From NCBI GenBank assembly GCA_965249725.1, contig CBDFMQ010000002.1:448001-512000 (forward strand): a stretch of 64,000 bases of DNA. Reading direction: 5' to 3'. The notes beneath the pieces were generated by a model. That model made no database searches, was not told where the DNA came from, and saw only the letters and a list, made by a program, of their open reading frames with translations. The stretch is from Longimicrobiales bacterium. GTDB lineage: Bacteria > Gemmatimonadota > Gemmatimonadetes > Longimicrobiales > Gaopeijiaceae. Positions 51,770 through 62,375 of this stretch are shown one piece after another (position 1 is the first letter of the stretch; the number at the start of each line of letters is the position of its first letter). A program made the position numbers and the translations under genes.

Positions 51770-53362
51770 CTATGGCTCGGGTGTATCCGGCTGGGCCCGT
51801 CGGAAATCCGCCAGCCTCGATCCGATTCGATCTTCGATCCGCTTGGCGGCACTGGTGGACGGGACCTCGTTGGAGAGAATACTGAACAGAAGCCTCTCGC
51901 CGTCCCGCGCTTTCACCATTCCGGTGAGGGCCGACACTCCGTCAATGGTGCCCGTCTTCGCCCTGAGGTTCCTCGCCGCTCGCGTACGGTACATCCGCCG
52001 CAGTTTCCCCCCGGCCTCGGGCAGGGTGGAGAGGTATGCGTCCCATTCGGGAGACTCGGCGACGTGAAGTAGGATCCCGACCAGGCCTCCGGCCGTTACC
52101 CGGTTGTTTTCCGAGAGCCCGGAGCCGTCCACCGCGATGATATCGCCGTCGTCCAGCCCGACCTCACCTGCCGTATAGCTGCGCACGGCCCTCGCTCCCC
52201 CAGCGAACGATCCTTGGCCCATAACGACTTTGCCCATCGTCTTGTAGATGGTCTCTGCGAATAGATTGTGACTCTCGTGGTTGACCACGTTCAGATACTC
52301 GATCATCTCCGGTGACGTGTGGCTGGCCAGAATGCGGGGCTCCTCGTCTTCCAGAAGGCCCGGGACCCAAGCCTCCCGCCCGGTGATGCGTGAGCTCGCG
52401 GCTCGGTGTACGGCCTCTGCGTCGTCCCTCACAGTCAGACCCTCCGACTCCAACACCTCGCTCAGGGTCCGAGCCGAGTAGAGGGCGGGATCGGAGACCG
52501 TCAGGCGTCGCCAGATGGCGGGACCGCCCCGCGTCATCTCGCCGGCGATGCGAATGAGCGACGTCGGTGTCGGCCGATCGAGCCACAACCTCGGCCGTGG
52601 TCGCCCGGCCACGGTCTGGGCGGTGTTGTGAAAGCCGGCCGGTATGGTCTCCACTGTGGGCACGCCGCCTAGTCGTGCCGAGGGGAGAATCTGCAGCGTC
52701 ACGATGTTCTCGTTGAACGAGAGGGCGGTGGCCGGGGCTGCGAATCGCTCGTTCAGGTCTCTTGGATTCCACCCGGGTCCGAGATCCGGCCCGGAGAAGT
52801 AGGTCGCGTCCCCGACCACCGAGCCGTCGATATGCGTGATGCCCGCCGTCCTCAGTTGCTCCGCCAGGTTCTCGAACACTCTGTTGCGGGTGGGAAAGAA
52901 CCGATCGGAGATACCGGGGTCACCCGTGCCGTACAGGATCAGATCGCCCCGCAGATGGCCGTCCTCCACAGGCCCGTCGCCGAGTAAGAAGGTCTGATAC
53001 GTGAAGGAGGGGCCGAGAAAGTGGAGCGCCGCCGCCGTCGTCACGACCTTCATGTTCGAAGCCGGAATGACCAGGACGTCTTCGTTCCGCGCGAAGAGCG
53101 TGTCTCCGTGATCGAGCGACACGACGAGAACGCTCCAGTCCGCCGCGCGCAGCCGGGTCCCGTCGAGAAAACGGGCTAGGTCACGGCGCAACGCCTCGAC
53201 TTCGGGCCCCGGGGGGGGCGAGGGTGGACTGACGACTACCGTGACGCGCTCCTCGGGAGGCGGCGCTGCCGGAACCGAGTCGCCGGACCCGCCCGGTCGC
53301 CAGGCGATCGACGTGGCCGCAAGGGCGCCTACGCCCAGCGACAGAAGCCGAGTACCCTTCAC
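51770..53362 (-). CDS. dacB: D-alanyl-D-alanine carboxypeptidase/endopeptidase PBP4 (S13)
   Basis: PASNMKVVT, GTGDP, SHNLFAE, DGSGLS, AKTGTI. Confidence 0.94.
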   Translation of the reverse strand: MKGTRLLSLGVGALAATSIAWRPGGSGDSVPAAPPPEERVTVVVSPPSPPPGPEVEALRRDLARFLDGTRLRAADWSVLVVSLDHGDTLFARNEDVLVIPASNMKVVTTAAALHFLGPSFTYQTFLLGDGPVEDGHLRGDLILYGTGDPGISDRFFPTRNRVFENLAEQLRTAGITHIDGSVVGDATYFSGPDLGPGWNPRDLNERFAAPATALSFNENIVTLQILPSARLGGVPTVETIPAGFHNTAQTVAGRPRPRLWLDRPTPTSLIRIAGEMTRGGPAIWRRLTVSDPALYSARTLSEVLESEGLTVRDDAEAVHRAASSRITGREAWVPGLLEDEEPRILASHTSPEMIEYLNVVNHESHNLFAETIYKTMGKVVMGQGSFAGGARAVRSYTAGEVGLDDGDIIAVDGSGLSENNRVTAGGLVGILLHVAESPEWDAYLSTLPEAGGKLRRMYRTRAARNLRAKTGTIDGVSALTGMVKARDGERLLFSILSNEVPSTSAAKRIEDRIGSRLADFRRAQPDTPEP

Positions 53363-54930
53363 GACATCCCGCCGTGCTGCGGCAACAATCCGTCCAGTGG
53401 ATCCTGGCCGGGAAGGGGGAGGATGACACCGGGGTTGAGGACGGCCGTCGGGTCGAGGTGGCGCTTGACGTCTCCAAACGCGCGGGTGAGCGGTTCACCC
53501 CAGATTCGCTCGAGAAGCGGTGCCCTGATGCGTCCGTCTCCGTGCTCGCCTGAGAGCGTCCCGCCGAGGCCGGCCACGAGGTCGGTTGTCTCCTCGAGAA
53601 TTGCCCGAGCGCTCTCACGCCATCCGGCGCGGCGGACATCCAGAAGCGGATTCACGTGGACGTTCGCGTCACCGGCATGACCGAAGATCACGGCGTCGGT
53701 CTCCCACTTGGCGAGAATCTCATCGAGCTCCGTGAGGTAGCGGCCCAGGCTTTCAGGCGGTACGACCGAATCCTCGATGATCTGCGTCGAAACGAGGCCG
53801 CGATCGGCGCACGCTGCGATCAGAGGACTGGCGGCGTGTCGGATCTCCCACAGGGCCTCCCGGTCGGCGTCTTCCATGGCGGTGATGGCGGGTGAACCTA
53901 GCTCCTGTCCCAGCCGCTGCAACGCCTCGGCACCGCCGGACACCTCGTCGTGCCCGCCGTCGATCTCGATGAGGAACACGGCCGCCGCACCTTCTACCGC
54001 GCGTCCGACGATCGGGTGTGACGACATCGACGTAATCTCCAGGAACCGACGCCCGAAGAACTCGCACGCCGCGGCACCTACCTGAGCGGCTGCGCCGAGC
54101 ACCGATGGAACCTCGTCGAGGCTCGGGACCGCGAGGAGGACCAGCGCGGCGGCTTCCGGCACGGGGGCCAAATCCAGCACAGCCCCGGTCACGACGGCCA
54201 GCGTCCCTTCGCTGCCTACGATCAGCTCGACGGGATCCCCAGCGGGCATGAACCGATCCAGAGCGTATCCGCTGGAGTTCTTGCGGACGGATGGCCAAGA
54301 ACCGGGAGTAGTGCCGATCTCTTCACAAAGCGACCGGTGCAGGTCCTCGAACACCAGAGGCCCCCGTGCTCCGCGCACCAGACGGTGCTGCGATCCATCG
54401 CCAAGGACGATCTCCAACTCGCGCACCCAGTCGCGGATCGCTCCGTACTTGTAGGTCCGAGCCCCCGCCGCGTTGTTCGCCACCATACCACCGATGGTGC
54501 ATCTCTCGGCGCTCGACGGGAGCGGGGCCAAGAAGAGCCCTGCGGTCCTGGCGGCTCGTTCGACGTCGGCGGCGATGGCTCCTGCTCCGACATGAATGGT
54601 ACGGCTGTTCGGTTGAGGCGGAGCGATGTATGTGAACGAGGCGCTGAGATCCACTGCGATGCCCGGTCCCACGTTGCCGCCGGGCATTCCCGTGCCCGCT
54701 CCCCGTGGGACGACCGACGCGCCTTCGGCGAATACCCAGGAAAGGAGCACCGAGAGGTCGTCCTGATCACGGGGACGCACGCAAGCGATCGGCGGTATGC
54801 TTACCGGCCCGGACGCACCGCCGTAAGGAGCGAGGGCGACGTCGTCCACGAGCGTCTCACCCCTGAGTGCGGGGAGCCGGGAGAGACAGCCCAGCGTGGT
54901 GTCAGCCGACGGTGACGACCGCCTCGCCAT
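53359..54930 (-). CDS. FAD-binding oxidoreductase (GlcD/D-lactate dehydrogenase-like)
   Basis: PRGAGTGMPG, TIGGMVANNAAG, GSEGTLA, GHAGDANVH, SGEHGDG; start uncertain. Confidence 0.9.
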   Translation of the reverse strand: MARRSSPSADTTLGCLSRLPALRGETLVDDVALAPYGGASGPVSIPPIACVRPRDQDDLSVLLSWVFAEGASVVPRGAGTGMPGGNVGPGIAVDLSASFTYIAPPQPNSRTIHVGAGAIAADVERAARTAGLFLAPLPSSAERCTIGGMVANNAAGARTYKYGAIRDWVRELEIVLGDGSQHRLVRGARGPLVFEDLHRSLCEEIGTTPGSWPSVRKNSSGYALDRFMPAGDPVELIVGSEGTLAVVTGAVLDLAPVPEAAALVLLAVPSLDEVPSVLGAAAQVGAAACEFFGRRFLEITSMSSHPIVGRAVEGAAAVFLIEIDGGHDEVSGGAEALQRLGQELGSPAITAMEDADREALWEIRHAASPLIAACADRGLVSTQIIEDSVVPPESLGRYLTELDEILAKWETDAVIFGHAGDANVHVNPLLDVRRAGWRESARAILEETTDLVAGLGGTLSGEHGDGRIRAPLLERIWGEPLTRAFGDVKRHLDPTAVLNPGVILPLPGQDPLDGLLPQHGGMS

Positions 54931-55372
54931 CCGACTCGCGCGCGCAGTCAGGGCAATACCCCGTGAGCTCGAGCTGATAACCGGTAACCTGGAAGCCACT
55001 GGCGCTCGACCCTACGTAGGAAAGATCGGAATCACGGAGTTCGCCGGGGATGTCGGACACGGACCCACACTCTACGCACCTGGCGTGGTGATGGGGATCG
55101 GTCCGGCCATCGTACCGGGCAGACCCGTCGGCGTGACTCAGCTTGTTGGCCAAGCCACACGAGACGATGGCTTCGAGGCTCTTGTAGACCGTGGCCAGCG
55201 AGATTCCCGGGACTTCATCGCGGACGCCGAGAAACACTTCATCCGCCGTGGGGTGGACCGTGGTGTGCGCGAGAAGCCGATAGACGGCCGCGCGCTGCTC
55301 GGTGAACCGATGCCCTCGCGCCTCGAGTGCGCTCCGGAGGACGTGGTCGCTCGAAGAAGAAGATGTGGACAT
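54902..55372 (-). CDS. Fur-family transcriptional regulator (PerR-like)
   Basis: RFTEQRAAV, HPTADEV, ISLATVYKSL, HHHARCVECG, GYCPDC. Confidence 0.92.
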   Translation of the reverse strand: MSTSSSSSDHVLRSALEARGHRFTEQRAAVYRLLAHTTVHPTADEVFLGVRDEVPGISLATVYKSLEAIVSCGLANKLSHADGSARYDGRTDPHHHARCVECGSVSDIPGELRDSDLSYVGSSASGFQVTGYQLELTGYCPDCARESDGEAVVTVG

Positions 55373-55407
55373 GTTGCGGCCATACCCGACAACGGCGGTG
55401 TTGATCC

Positions 55408-55980
55408 ATGACGAAGACCAGTGAGCCACTTCTCACCCTTGAACCGCTGATCGAGGCCGTGCGAGATGGGGTGGCGGGAGCCGGCTGGGATCTGTCCGGA
55501 CTGCAGAAAACGACCAGCCATCAGTTCGAGGGACGCTGGGATGGGGAGAGCTCCAGAAGCGCCTACCTCTTCTTCCACAACGAGGCCTTCCCGGACTTCG
55601 TGAGCGTCGACGTGTTCCTGGATGAGACCACCAAGGGGCTCCGTGGCAATCTGGCTTTGGTCGTTGAGGGTCCGGAGCTGGCCGAGCTCGGGCCCATGAA
55701 GGAGCTCCTCTCCTCCCTCGCCAAGGTGAGCGATGCGTCCATGCCCGAGGGTTACCGGACGCCACTGACGGTCCGCTTGCGGCTGGCCACACCGGATGAG
55801 GATCCGGCGGACGCCGAGAGCGAGGTGCGCCTGAAGCTCAGGATTCCGGTCAAGGCGATGAAGGCGGGTGCCGACGCGGTCTCGGCCCTGGCGTCCGCCG
55901 CCGTCGCCGCCTTCGAGCGGGCGCTGGCACACGAGGACTTCACAGTCCTTCGTGTGGGTGGCGACACGGAGATTGCTTAG
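55408..55980 (+). CDS. Hypothetical protein
   Basis: 190-aa ORF with typical codon usage; no recognised motif. Confidence 0.65.
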   Translation: MTKTSEPLLTLEPLIEAVRDGVAGAGWDLSGLQKTTSHQFEGRWDGESSRSAYLFFHNEAFPDFVSVDVFLDETTKGLRGNLALVVEGPELAELGPMKELLSSLAKVSDASMPEGYRTPLTVRLRLATPDEDPADAESEVRLKLRIPVKAMKAGADAVSALASAAVAAFERALAHEDFTVLRVGGDTEIA

Positions 55981-56119
55981 TCGACGACGCTTGCCTCGGT
56001 GCGCGCCGCCCCCCTAGTCTGACGTGCCGACACCAGGTCGGACCTTCCCGCCGGACCTGCTCGCCGGACCTGCCACACGACACGCGTACCCAGTCATCCA
56101 GACGCTTGGAGGTAGTGGA

Positions 56120-58078
56120 ATGAGTACCGAAGGCGGAGCCCTCGACGTACTCCTGACCGAAGACCGCAGTTTTCCCCCACCCGAGCACTTCAAGGACGGG
56201 GCCGTGGTGGCGGATCGCCGACCCTACGATGAGGCCTCCGAGGACTATCTGGCTTTCTGGGAGTCCTGGGCGGAGGAGCTCGACTGGTTCGAGAAGTGGC
56301 ACACGGTGCTCGAGTGGGAACCGCCTCACGCCAAGTGGTTTCTGGGCGGCAAGCTCAACGTGTCCCAGAACTGCCTGGACCGTCATCTGGCCGGTCCCCG
56401 TCGGGACAAACCGGCGCTGATCTGGGAGGGGGAGCCGGGCGACACGCGCTCCTACACGTACTCCGAGCTACACGCCGAGGTGTGCCGCTTCGCCAACGCG
56501 CTGAAGGGCTTGGGCGTGGGGAAGGGGGATCGTGTCGCCATCTACCTGCCGATGATCCCGGAAGCAGCGATCGCCATGTTGGCCTGCGCCCGCATCGGTG
56601 CGCCGCATTCGGTGGTGTTCGGCGGGTTCAGCCCGGAGTCGCTCGCGGATCGCATCAACGACGCCGAAGCGAAGGCGCTGATCACCGCCGACGGTGGGTA
56701 TCGTCGAGGGGGAATCGTGCCGCTCAAGGTCAACGCCGATGAGGCGGTGGCGTCGTGCCCCAGCATCGAGAGCGTGGTGGTCGTGGCTCGTGGTGGCCCA
56801 CTCACCGAAGAGGTGAACGCTCAGATGGAGCAGGGCCGCGACCACTGGTATCACGACCTGGTCGCCGCTGCCAGCGTCGACTGCCCGCCCGAGGTGATGG
56901 ACGCGGAGGACCTGCTCTACATCCTCTATACGTCAGGAACGACCGGTAAGCCGAAGGGCGTGGTCCACACGACCGGGGGATATCTCACGCAGGTGCACGC
57001 CACCACCAAGTGTGTCTTCGATCTTCGAGAGGACGACGTCTACTGGTGCACGGCCGACGTCGGTTGGGTTACCGGGCACAGCTACATCGTCTACGGGCCG
57101 CTGTCGAACGGGACCACCCAGCTCATGTATGAGGGTGCGCCCAACTGGCCCGAGAGCGACCGATTCTGGGAGTTGTGCGACAAGTACGGCGTCACGGTCT
57201 TCTACACCGCTCCGACGGCGATCCGGACCTTCATGAAGTGGGGTGACGAGTGGCCCGCGAAGCACGACCTGTCCAAACTGAGGCTCCTCGGAACCGTGGG
57301 GGAACCCATCAATCCGGAAGCCTGGATGTGGTATCGCGAAGTGATCGGCGGCGAGCGTTGCCCCATCGTCGATACGTGGTGGCAGACCGAGACCGGGGCG
57401 ATCATGATCACTCCGCTCCCGGCGGTGACCACGACCCGCCCGGGGAGCGCCACCGAGCCCTTCCCCGGGATCTCGACAGCATTGTTGGACGATGCCGGCA
57501 ATGAGGTGACCGCAGGCTTCCTCGCCATCACCAAGCCCTGGCCCTCGATGTTGCGCGGGATCTACGGAGACGAGCAGCGGTTCCGTGAAACCTACTGGTC
57601 CAAGTGGGACGGCATCTACTTTCCAGGCGACGGCGCCAAGTTCGACGAGGACGGATACCTGTGGATTCTGGGTCGCGTGGACGACGTGCTGAACGTCGCT
57701 GGCCACCGGGTCGGGACCATGGAGGTGGAGAGCGCCCTGGTCGATCATGAGGCCGTGGTCGAGGCGGCGGTCGTCGGTAAGGCACACGAGGTGAAGGGTC
57801 AATCGATCGCTGCGTTCGTGTCGTTGGGGCAGGGCTACGAGGGTAGCGACGAGCTCGAGGCAGAGCTGAAGGGGCACGTCGCCGACAAGATCGGCGCCAT
57901 CGTTCGTCCCGAGATCGTGGTCTTCACGGCCGACCTACCGAAGACGAGGTCCGGCAAGATCATGAGACGACTGCTGAAGGACATCGCCGAAGGCCATGCG
58001 CTGGGTGACACGACGACCTTGGCCGATCCGGCCGTCGTGGCGGGGCTTCAGGAGCAGTACGAGGCCGAGGAGGGGTAG
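56120..58078 (+). CDS. acs: Acetyl-CoA synthetase
   Basis: [59 protein letters not shown]. Confidence 0.97.
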   Translation: MSTEGGALDVLLTEDRSFPPPEHFKDGAVVADRRPYDEASEDYLAFWESWAEELDWFEKWHTVLEWEPPHAKWFLGGKLNVSQNCLDRHLAGPRRDKPALIWEGEPGDTRSYTYSELHAEVCRFANALKGLGVGKGDRVAIYLPMIPEAAIAMLACARIGAPHSVVFGGFSPESLADRINDAEAKALITADGGYRRGGIVPLKVNADEAVASCPSIESVVVVARGGPLTEEVNAQMEQGRDHWYHDLVAAASVDCPPEVMDAEDLLYILYTSGTTGKPKGVVHTTGGYLTQVHATTKCVFDLREDDVYWCTADVGWVTGHSYIVYGPLSNGTTQLMYEGAPNWPESDRFWELCDKYGVTVFYTAPTAIRTFMKWGDEWPAKHDLSKLRLLGTVGEPINPEAWMWYREVIGGERCPIVDTWWQTETGAIMITPLPAVTTTRPGSATEPFPGISTALLDDAGNEVTAGFLAITKPWPSMLRGIYGDEQRFRETYWSKWDGIYFPGDGAKFDEDGYLWILGRVDDVLNVAGHRVGTMEVESALVDHEAVVEAAVVGKAHEVKGQSIAAFVSLGQGYEGSDELEAELKGHVADKIGAIVRPEIVVFTADLPKTRSGKIMRRLLKDIAEGHALGDTTTLADPAVVAGLQEQYEAEEG

Positions 58079-58945
58079 CTAGCCCTCGGAGTCTTCGGCC
58101 AGCGGATCGGGCGTCGGTGGCGGGCGCTCTCGCGACGGCTTGTCCTTGATCTTCTTGGCCGGAATGCCTGCGTAGATGCTCTGGGGGTCGGTGTCTCGCG
58201 TCGCCATGCCGAAGGACCCGAGCATGGTCCCGTCGCCGAGATGGACCCCTGACATCACGGTGGCGTGGTACGTGATCCGGACTCCAGCCCCGATAACGGT
58301 CACGGGTGTGGTGATGTCGCGCCCCTCGACCAGATCGTGTGCGTGACTGTAGATGTTGGCGAAGTCCGACACGGAGGCCCCGTCTCCGAGCTGGATGCCG
58401 CCCCGGTCGTCGAGGAGCACATGCCGGTGGATCACCACGTCGTCACCGACCTCCATGTTGTACCCGAACGACAGCTTCACGTGGTGGAACGCCTTGAAGT
58501 TTTTTCCACAGCGCCGAAAGATGCGCTCCGCCAGCATCCGGCGGAACTGGACTCCCAGGTGGACGTTTTCTCCCAGCGCGCTTCTGTCGAAGCCCTCCCA
58601 CATCCAGATCAGGGGTTTCACCCGGTCGTAACGCTCCAGGTCCGTGTCGGCGTAGTACTCGGGCTCCAGCGTGACGCTGCGGGCGTCCATCTGAGCCAGA
58701 AGAACACGGGTCGCCATGGGGAGGGTCGCCTGATCCACCCCGACAAGGTCCGGAAAGTGGATCTCGGTCAGCACCGATCGGCAGAGCTCGTAGCGATCGC
58801 ACGAGGGATCATCGAGACGGGCTTCGATGGACCCGAGCCAATCGTCGTACAGACGCTCGGCCTCGGCGTCGATGTATACTTTTCGATTGGGGAGAAAAAC
58901 CATTGGCGGTATAGCCCCGTAGGGGTTGATGGGTTCAGCAGGCAC
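58079..58945 (-). CDS. Hexapeptide-repeat (LbH) acyltransferase
   Basis: VVIHRHVLLDDRGGIQLG, IYSHAH, YAGIPAKKIK. Confidence 0.85.
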   Translation of the reverse strand: MPAEPINPYGAIPPMVFLPNRKVYIDAEAERLYDDWLGSIEARLDDPSCDRYELCRSVLTEIHFPDLVGVDQATLPMATRVLLAQMDARSVTLEPEYYADTDLERYDRVKPLIWMWEGFDRSALGENVHLGVQFRRMLAERIFRRCGKNFKAFHHVKLSFGYNMEVGDDVVIHRHVLLDDRGGIQLGDGASVSDFANIYSHAHDLVEGRDITTPVTVIGAGVRITYHATVMSGVHLGDGTMLGSFGMATRDTDPQSIYAGIPAKKIKDKPSRERPPPTPDPLAEDSEG

Positions 58946-59011
58946 GATAGGGGCTCGGGTCCGGCCTGCAAAGCCGTCGCCTCCTCCGGGGGGCCCGTGT
59001 TAACTTGCTCG

Positions 59012-59071
59012 AAGCCCACCTGGGCCGCGCCAAGCCCACCTGGGCCGCGCCAAGCCCATCTGGACCGGGCG
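59012..59071. repeat. 20-bp intergenic tandem repeat (two exact plus one degenerate)
   Basis: AAGCCCACCTGGGCCGCGCC x2 followed by AAGCCCATCTGGACCGGGCG. Confidence 0.85.
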
Positions 59072-59117
59072 GCGCCCGCCCTAAGCGGGTACTGCAACCA
59101 ATTCGGGAATATCGGCC

Positions 59118-59507
59118 ATGCACGACGTACTGCGGCAGCGCCTCATGCGGAAGATCGAGAGCCTGCCCGAAGAGCAGGTCTATCAGATCCTCGACTACAT
59201 CGAGTTTCTGGAGGGTAAGTACGCCACCGATATCGCTCAGGAGGCGTCGGGGCTCCAGAAATTCGCCGAGTCCATGGAAGACAAGCTCCGGAAGAAAGCG
59301 ATGAGTCCGGCCACAATACGCGAGGCGTTCCAGCTCATATCGGCGGCCGATCGGGTTCTCTCGAACGTATCATCGGCCGGCAAGCAGCTTCTCGATGAAC
59401 TCACACCGTCCCTCGGAGAGCCGTCGGAGTCTGAGGTCCCGAGCTTGGATGAAGGGCAAAACGATGAAGGCCCAGACGGTGAAGACACTGTGAACGAGGA
59501 GGGTTGA
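59118..59507 (+). CDS. Hypothetical protein (DUF2281-like N-terminus)
   Basis: KIESLPEEQVYQILDYIEFLEGKY pattern; acidic tail. Confidence 0.7.
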   Translation: MHDVLRQRLMRKIESLPEEQVYQILDYIEFLEGKYATDIAQEASGLQKFAESMEDKLRKKAMSPATIREAFQLISAADRVLSNVSSAGKQLLDELTPSLGEPSESEVPSLDEGQNDEGPDGEDTVNEEG

Positions 59508-59533
59508 CACCCCGAGACGCCTTCGGGTAAGAT
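59504..59533 (+). promoter_or_regulatory. Putative sigma70 promoter of guaB
   Basis: TTGACA (59504-59509)-18 bp-TAAGAT (59528-59533). Confidence 0.65.
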
Positions 59534-59630
59534 CTTCCATGGTAGCCAATAATGCGCCTGTTCGCCGGGGGTCTCGACAGGAGACTTCGGGTGGGCGGGC
59601 GTCTCGTTTATGGGTGATCGGAATGACGTC

Positions 59631-61088
59631 ATGGCGATGATAATCAAGGAATCTCTCACCTTTGACGACGTGCTTCTCGTGCCGGGTCATTCGACAGTGC
59701 ACCCGAAAGACACGTCAGTCGCCACCCCCCTCACCAACAAGATCCAGCTCCAGATCCCTCTCCTCACGGCGGCAATGGATACCGTGACCGAGTCGAGGAT
59801 GGCCATCGCCATCGCTCGGCAGGGGGGAATGGGCGTCATTCACAAGAACCTGTCGATCGACCGGCAAGCCGAGGAGGTCGATCGGGTCAAGCGGTCTGAG
59901 AGCGGGATGATCCGGGATCCCATCACACTTCCTCCGGACAAAACGCTACGCGACGCCCACGGGCTCATGGCGCGCTTTTCGATATCGGGCGTACCGATCG
60001 TCGAGGAGGGCGGCCGTCTGATCGGGATCGTCACCAATCGCGACCTGCAGTTCGAGACCGATCTGGATCTCACGATTCGTGATGTGATGACCTCCGAGAG
60101 TCTGATCACCGCACCGGTGGGCACCACCCTGGAAGACGCGGAGAAGATCCTCCACCAACACCGGATCGAGAAGCTCCCCGTGGTCGATGATGAAGGCATT
60201 CTCCAGGGGCTGATCACGGTGAAGGACATCTTCAAACGCCGCCTCTTTCCGAACTCCTGCAAGGACGAACACGGGCGACTACGTGTGGGGGCTGCGATCG
60301 GCGCATCGAATGTCGATCTGGACCGTGCCGAAGCGCTGTTGGCAGCCGGCGTCGACGTACTCGTGCTCGACACCGCTCACGGCCATTCGGAGGGCGTGCT
60401 CCAAGCCGTTGCGCGCACCCGCGAGAAGTTCCCGGATGCACAGATCGTAGCTGGGAACATTGGAACGACCGAAGGCGCCGCTGCTCTGTTGGAGCGGGGC
60501 GCGGACGCCATCAAGGTCGGAGTCGGACCGGGTTCGATCTGCACGACGCGGATCGTGACCGGCGTGGGTCTACCACAGCTGACCGCCATCATGGACGCGG
60601 TCGAGGGAGTGCAGGGGAAGGTCCCGGTCATCGCCGACGGCGGCATCCGCTACTCCGGTGACATGGTCAAGGCGCTGGCCGCAGGAGCCCAGTCGGTGAT
60701 GATGGGGTCCATGTTCGCCGGCACGGAGGAGTCCCCAGGCGAGAGCTTCCTCATGGAGGGCCGTCGCTTCAAGACGGTGCGAGGCATGGGTTCGCTCTCC
60801 GCGATGCAGGAGGGCTCGGCCGACCGATACTTCCAGGATCCCGGGACCGAGAAGCGTAAGCTGGTGCCGGAGGGCATCGAGGCCCGGGTGCCCTACAAGG
60901 GTCCCATGGCCGACTCGGTATTCCAGTTGGTGGGAGGACTCCAAAGCGGCATGGGCTATTGCGGCGCGGCCGACCTGACAGAGCTCTGGGACAAGGCCAC
61001 CTTCGTGCGCGTGACCCCCGGCGGCCTACGAGAGTCGCATCCCCACGACGTTACCATCACTCGGGAAGCGCCGAACTATCACATGTAG
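59631..61088 (+). CDS. guaB: IMP dehydrogenase
   Basis: [21 protein letters not shown] pair, [20 protein letters not shown]; start at 59610, 59631 or 59637. Confidence 0.98.
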   Translation: MAMIIKESLTFDDVLLVPGHSTVHPKDTSVATPLTNKIQLQIPLLTAAMDTVTESRMAIAIARQGGMGVIHKNLSIDRQAEEVDRVKRSESGMIRDPITLPPDKTLRDAHGLMARFSISGVPIVEEGGRLIGIVTNRDLQFETDLDLTIRDVMTSESLITAPVGTTLEDAEKILHQHRIEKLPVVDDEGILQGLITVKDIFKRRLFPNSCKDEHGRLRVGAAIGASNVDLDRAEALLAAGVDVLVLDTAHGHSEGVLQAVARTREKFPDAQIVAGNIGTTEGAAALLERGADAIKVGVGPGSICTTRIVTGVGLPQLTAIMDAVEGVQGKVPVIADGGIRYSGDMVKALAAGAQSVMMGSMFAGTEESPGESFLMEGRRFKTVRGMGSLSAMQEGSADRYFQDPGTEKRKLVPEGIEARVPYKGPMADSVFQLVGGLQSGMGYCGAADLTELWDKATFVRVTPGGLRESHPHDVTITREAPNYHM

Positions 61089-61163
61089 CGTCGGCCGACC
61101 TGCCCCAATGCGAGTTCACGACATACCGGCCAGGCTCCTGAGTGCGGTGGACGGCGTGCTTGC

Positions 61164-62354
61164 ATGATGAGTGGCCGGCCGGCGTTCCGGACCGCACTGG
61201 CGGTGGTCCTCCCGGCGATCTCGGGGGCCTGTAGGGCTAGTGTGCCCGATCCTCCACCGTCGTTCGCGGGGCCTGCGCTGCAGACTCACGGCCCCGCCTT
61301 CGTCGATGTGGGTAGCGGTCCGATTCTCACAGAGCCACCCGAGGTGGTACGAGATGCCATCCTCGGCTCCCCTTGGGCACGCCATCCGACCGTGGCCCAA
61401 CGCATCGCGCGGTGGCTCGAGTACTGGAGGGGGCCTGGAGCGGCCGAGTTTCAGATCTACCTGGCTCGGATGGAGCAGTACCGGGAGGTCGTGGATCGGG
61501 AGATCGAGGCACGGGGGCTCCCGGGTTCACTTCGGTACCTGCCCATCATCGAGAGCGGGTATGCTCCCTCGGCTCGGAGTCCGGCAGCTGCTGTGGGTCT
61601 TTGGCAGTTCATGAGCGGGACGGCCCGAGATGTCGGGCTGACGGTGACCCCGCTACTCGACGAGCGCAGGGATCCGGTGCGATCTACCCCGAAGGCGTTG
61701 GACGTTCTGGCCGAGCACCACGAGCGATTCGGCTCTTGGTTTCTGGCCCTGGCCGCTTACAACGCTGGGCCCAACCGCGTTGCACGCATTCTCAGGCAGC
61801 GCGCGCCTCTCGCGCCTCAGAGCGACAGTCTCTTTCTAGTGCTATACGAGTCACTTCCCGTTGAGACGCGGGACTTCATTCCGAAGCTGCTCGCGGCCTC
61901 GACGCTCGGAGAGTCGCCGGATCGGTATGGTTTCGAGCCCCCGTCCACCGCGCCCCTTCGATTCGAGGAGGTGACGGTGCCTGATGCGACCTCCGTCGAC
62001 GTGATCGCTGACGCGGCCGAGAGCCGCCAAGAGTCCATCGAGACGCTGAACCCCCAGCTCGTACGAGGGTTCACGCCGCCCAATCGGGAGACGATCGTTC
62101 GGGTGCCTGAAGGCCGCGGTGCCGTGTTCGAGAGGAACTACGCGCTGATTCCGGCCGAACAACGGGTCAGTTTCCTGGAGCACCGGGTCCGGAGCGGGGA
62201 AACGTTCAGCCACATCGCCGTAGCCTATGAGGTGAGCCTCAGCCTGTTGCAGGCCGCCAACCCCGGTATCGAGCCACGACGGCTTCAGATAGGGCAATGG
62301 GTGGTGGTTCCGCGAGCCCCCCGGTCGGGAGAACGTGGCCGCAGCGGGTCCTAG
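61164..62354 (+). CDS. Lytic transglycosylase with LysM domain (MltD-like)
   Basis: YLPIIESGY, AVGLWQFM, ALAAYNAG, ETRDFIPK; C-terminal LysM HRVRSGETFSHIA. Confidence 0.92.
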   Translation: MMSGRPAFRTALAVVLPAISGACRASVPDPPPSFAGPALQTHGPAFVDVGSGPILTEPPEVVRDAILGSPWARHPTVAQRIARWLEYWRGPGAAEFQIYLARMEQYREVVDREIEARGLPGSLRYLPIIESGYAPSARSPAAAVGLWQFMSGTARDVGLTVTPLLDERRDPVRSTPKALDVLAEHHERFGSWFLALAAYNAGPNRVARILRQRAPLAPQSDSLFLVLYESLPVETRDFIPKLLAASTLGESPDRYGFEPPSTAPLRFEEVTVPDATSVDVIADAAESRQESIETLNPQLVRGFTPPNRETIVRVPEGRGAVFERNYALIPAEQRVSFLEHRVRSGETFSHIAVAYEVSLSLLQAANPGIEPRRLQIGQWVVVPRAPRSGERGRSGS

Positions 62355-62375
62355 CTAGGCCTGCGGCCCCCCCGG

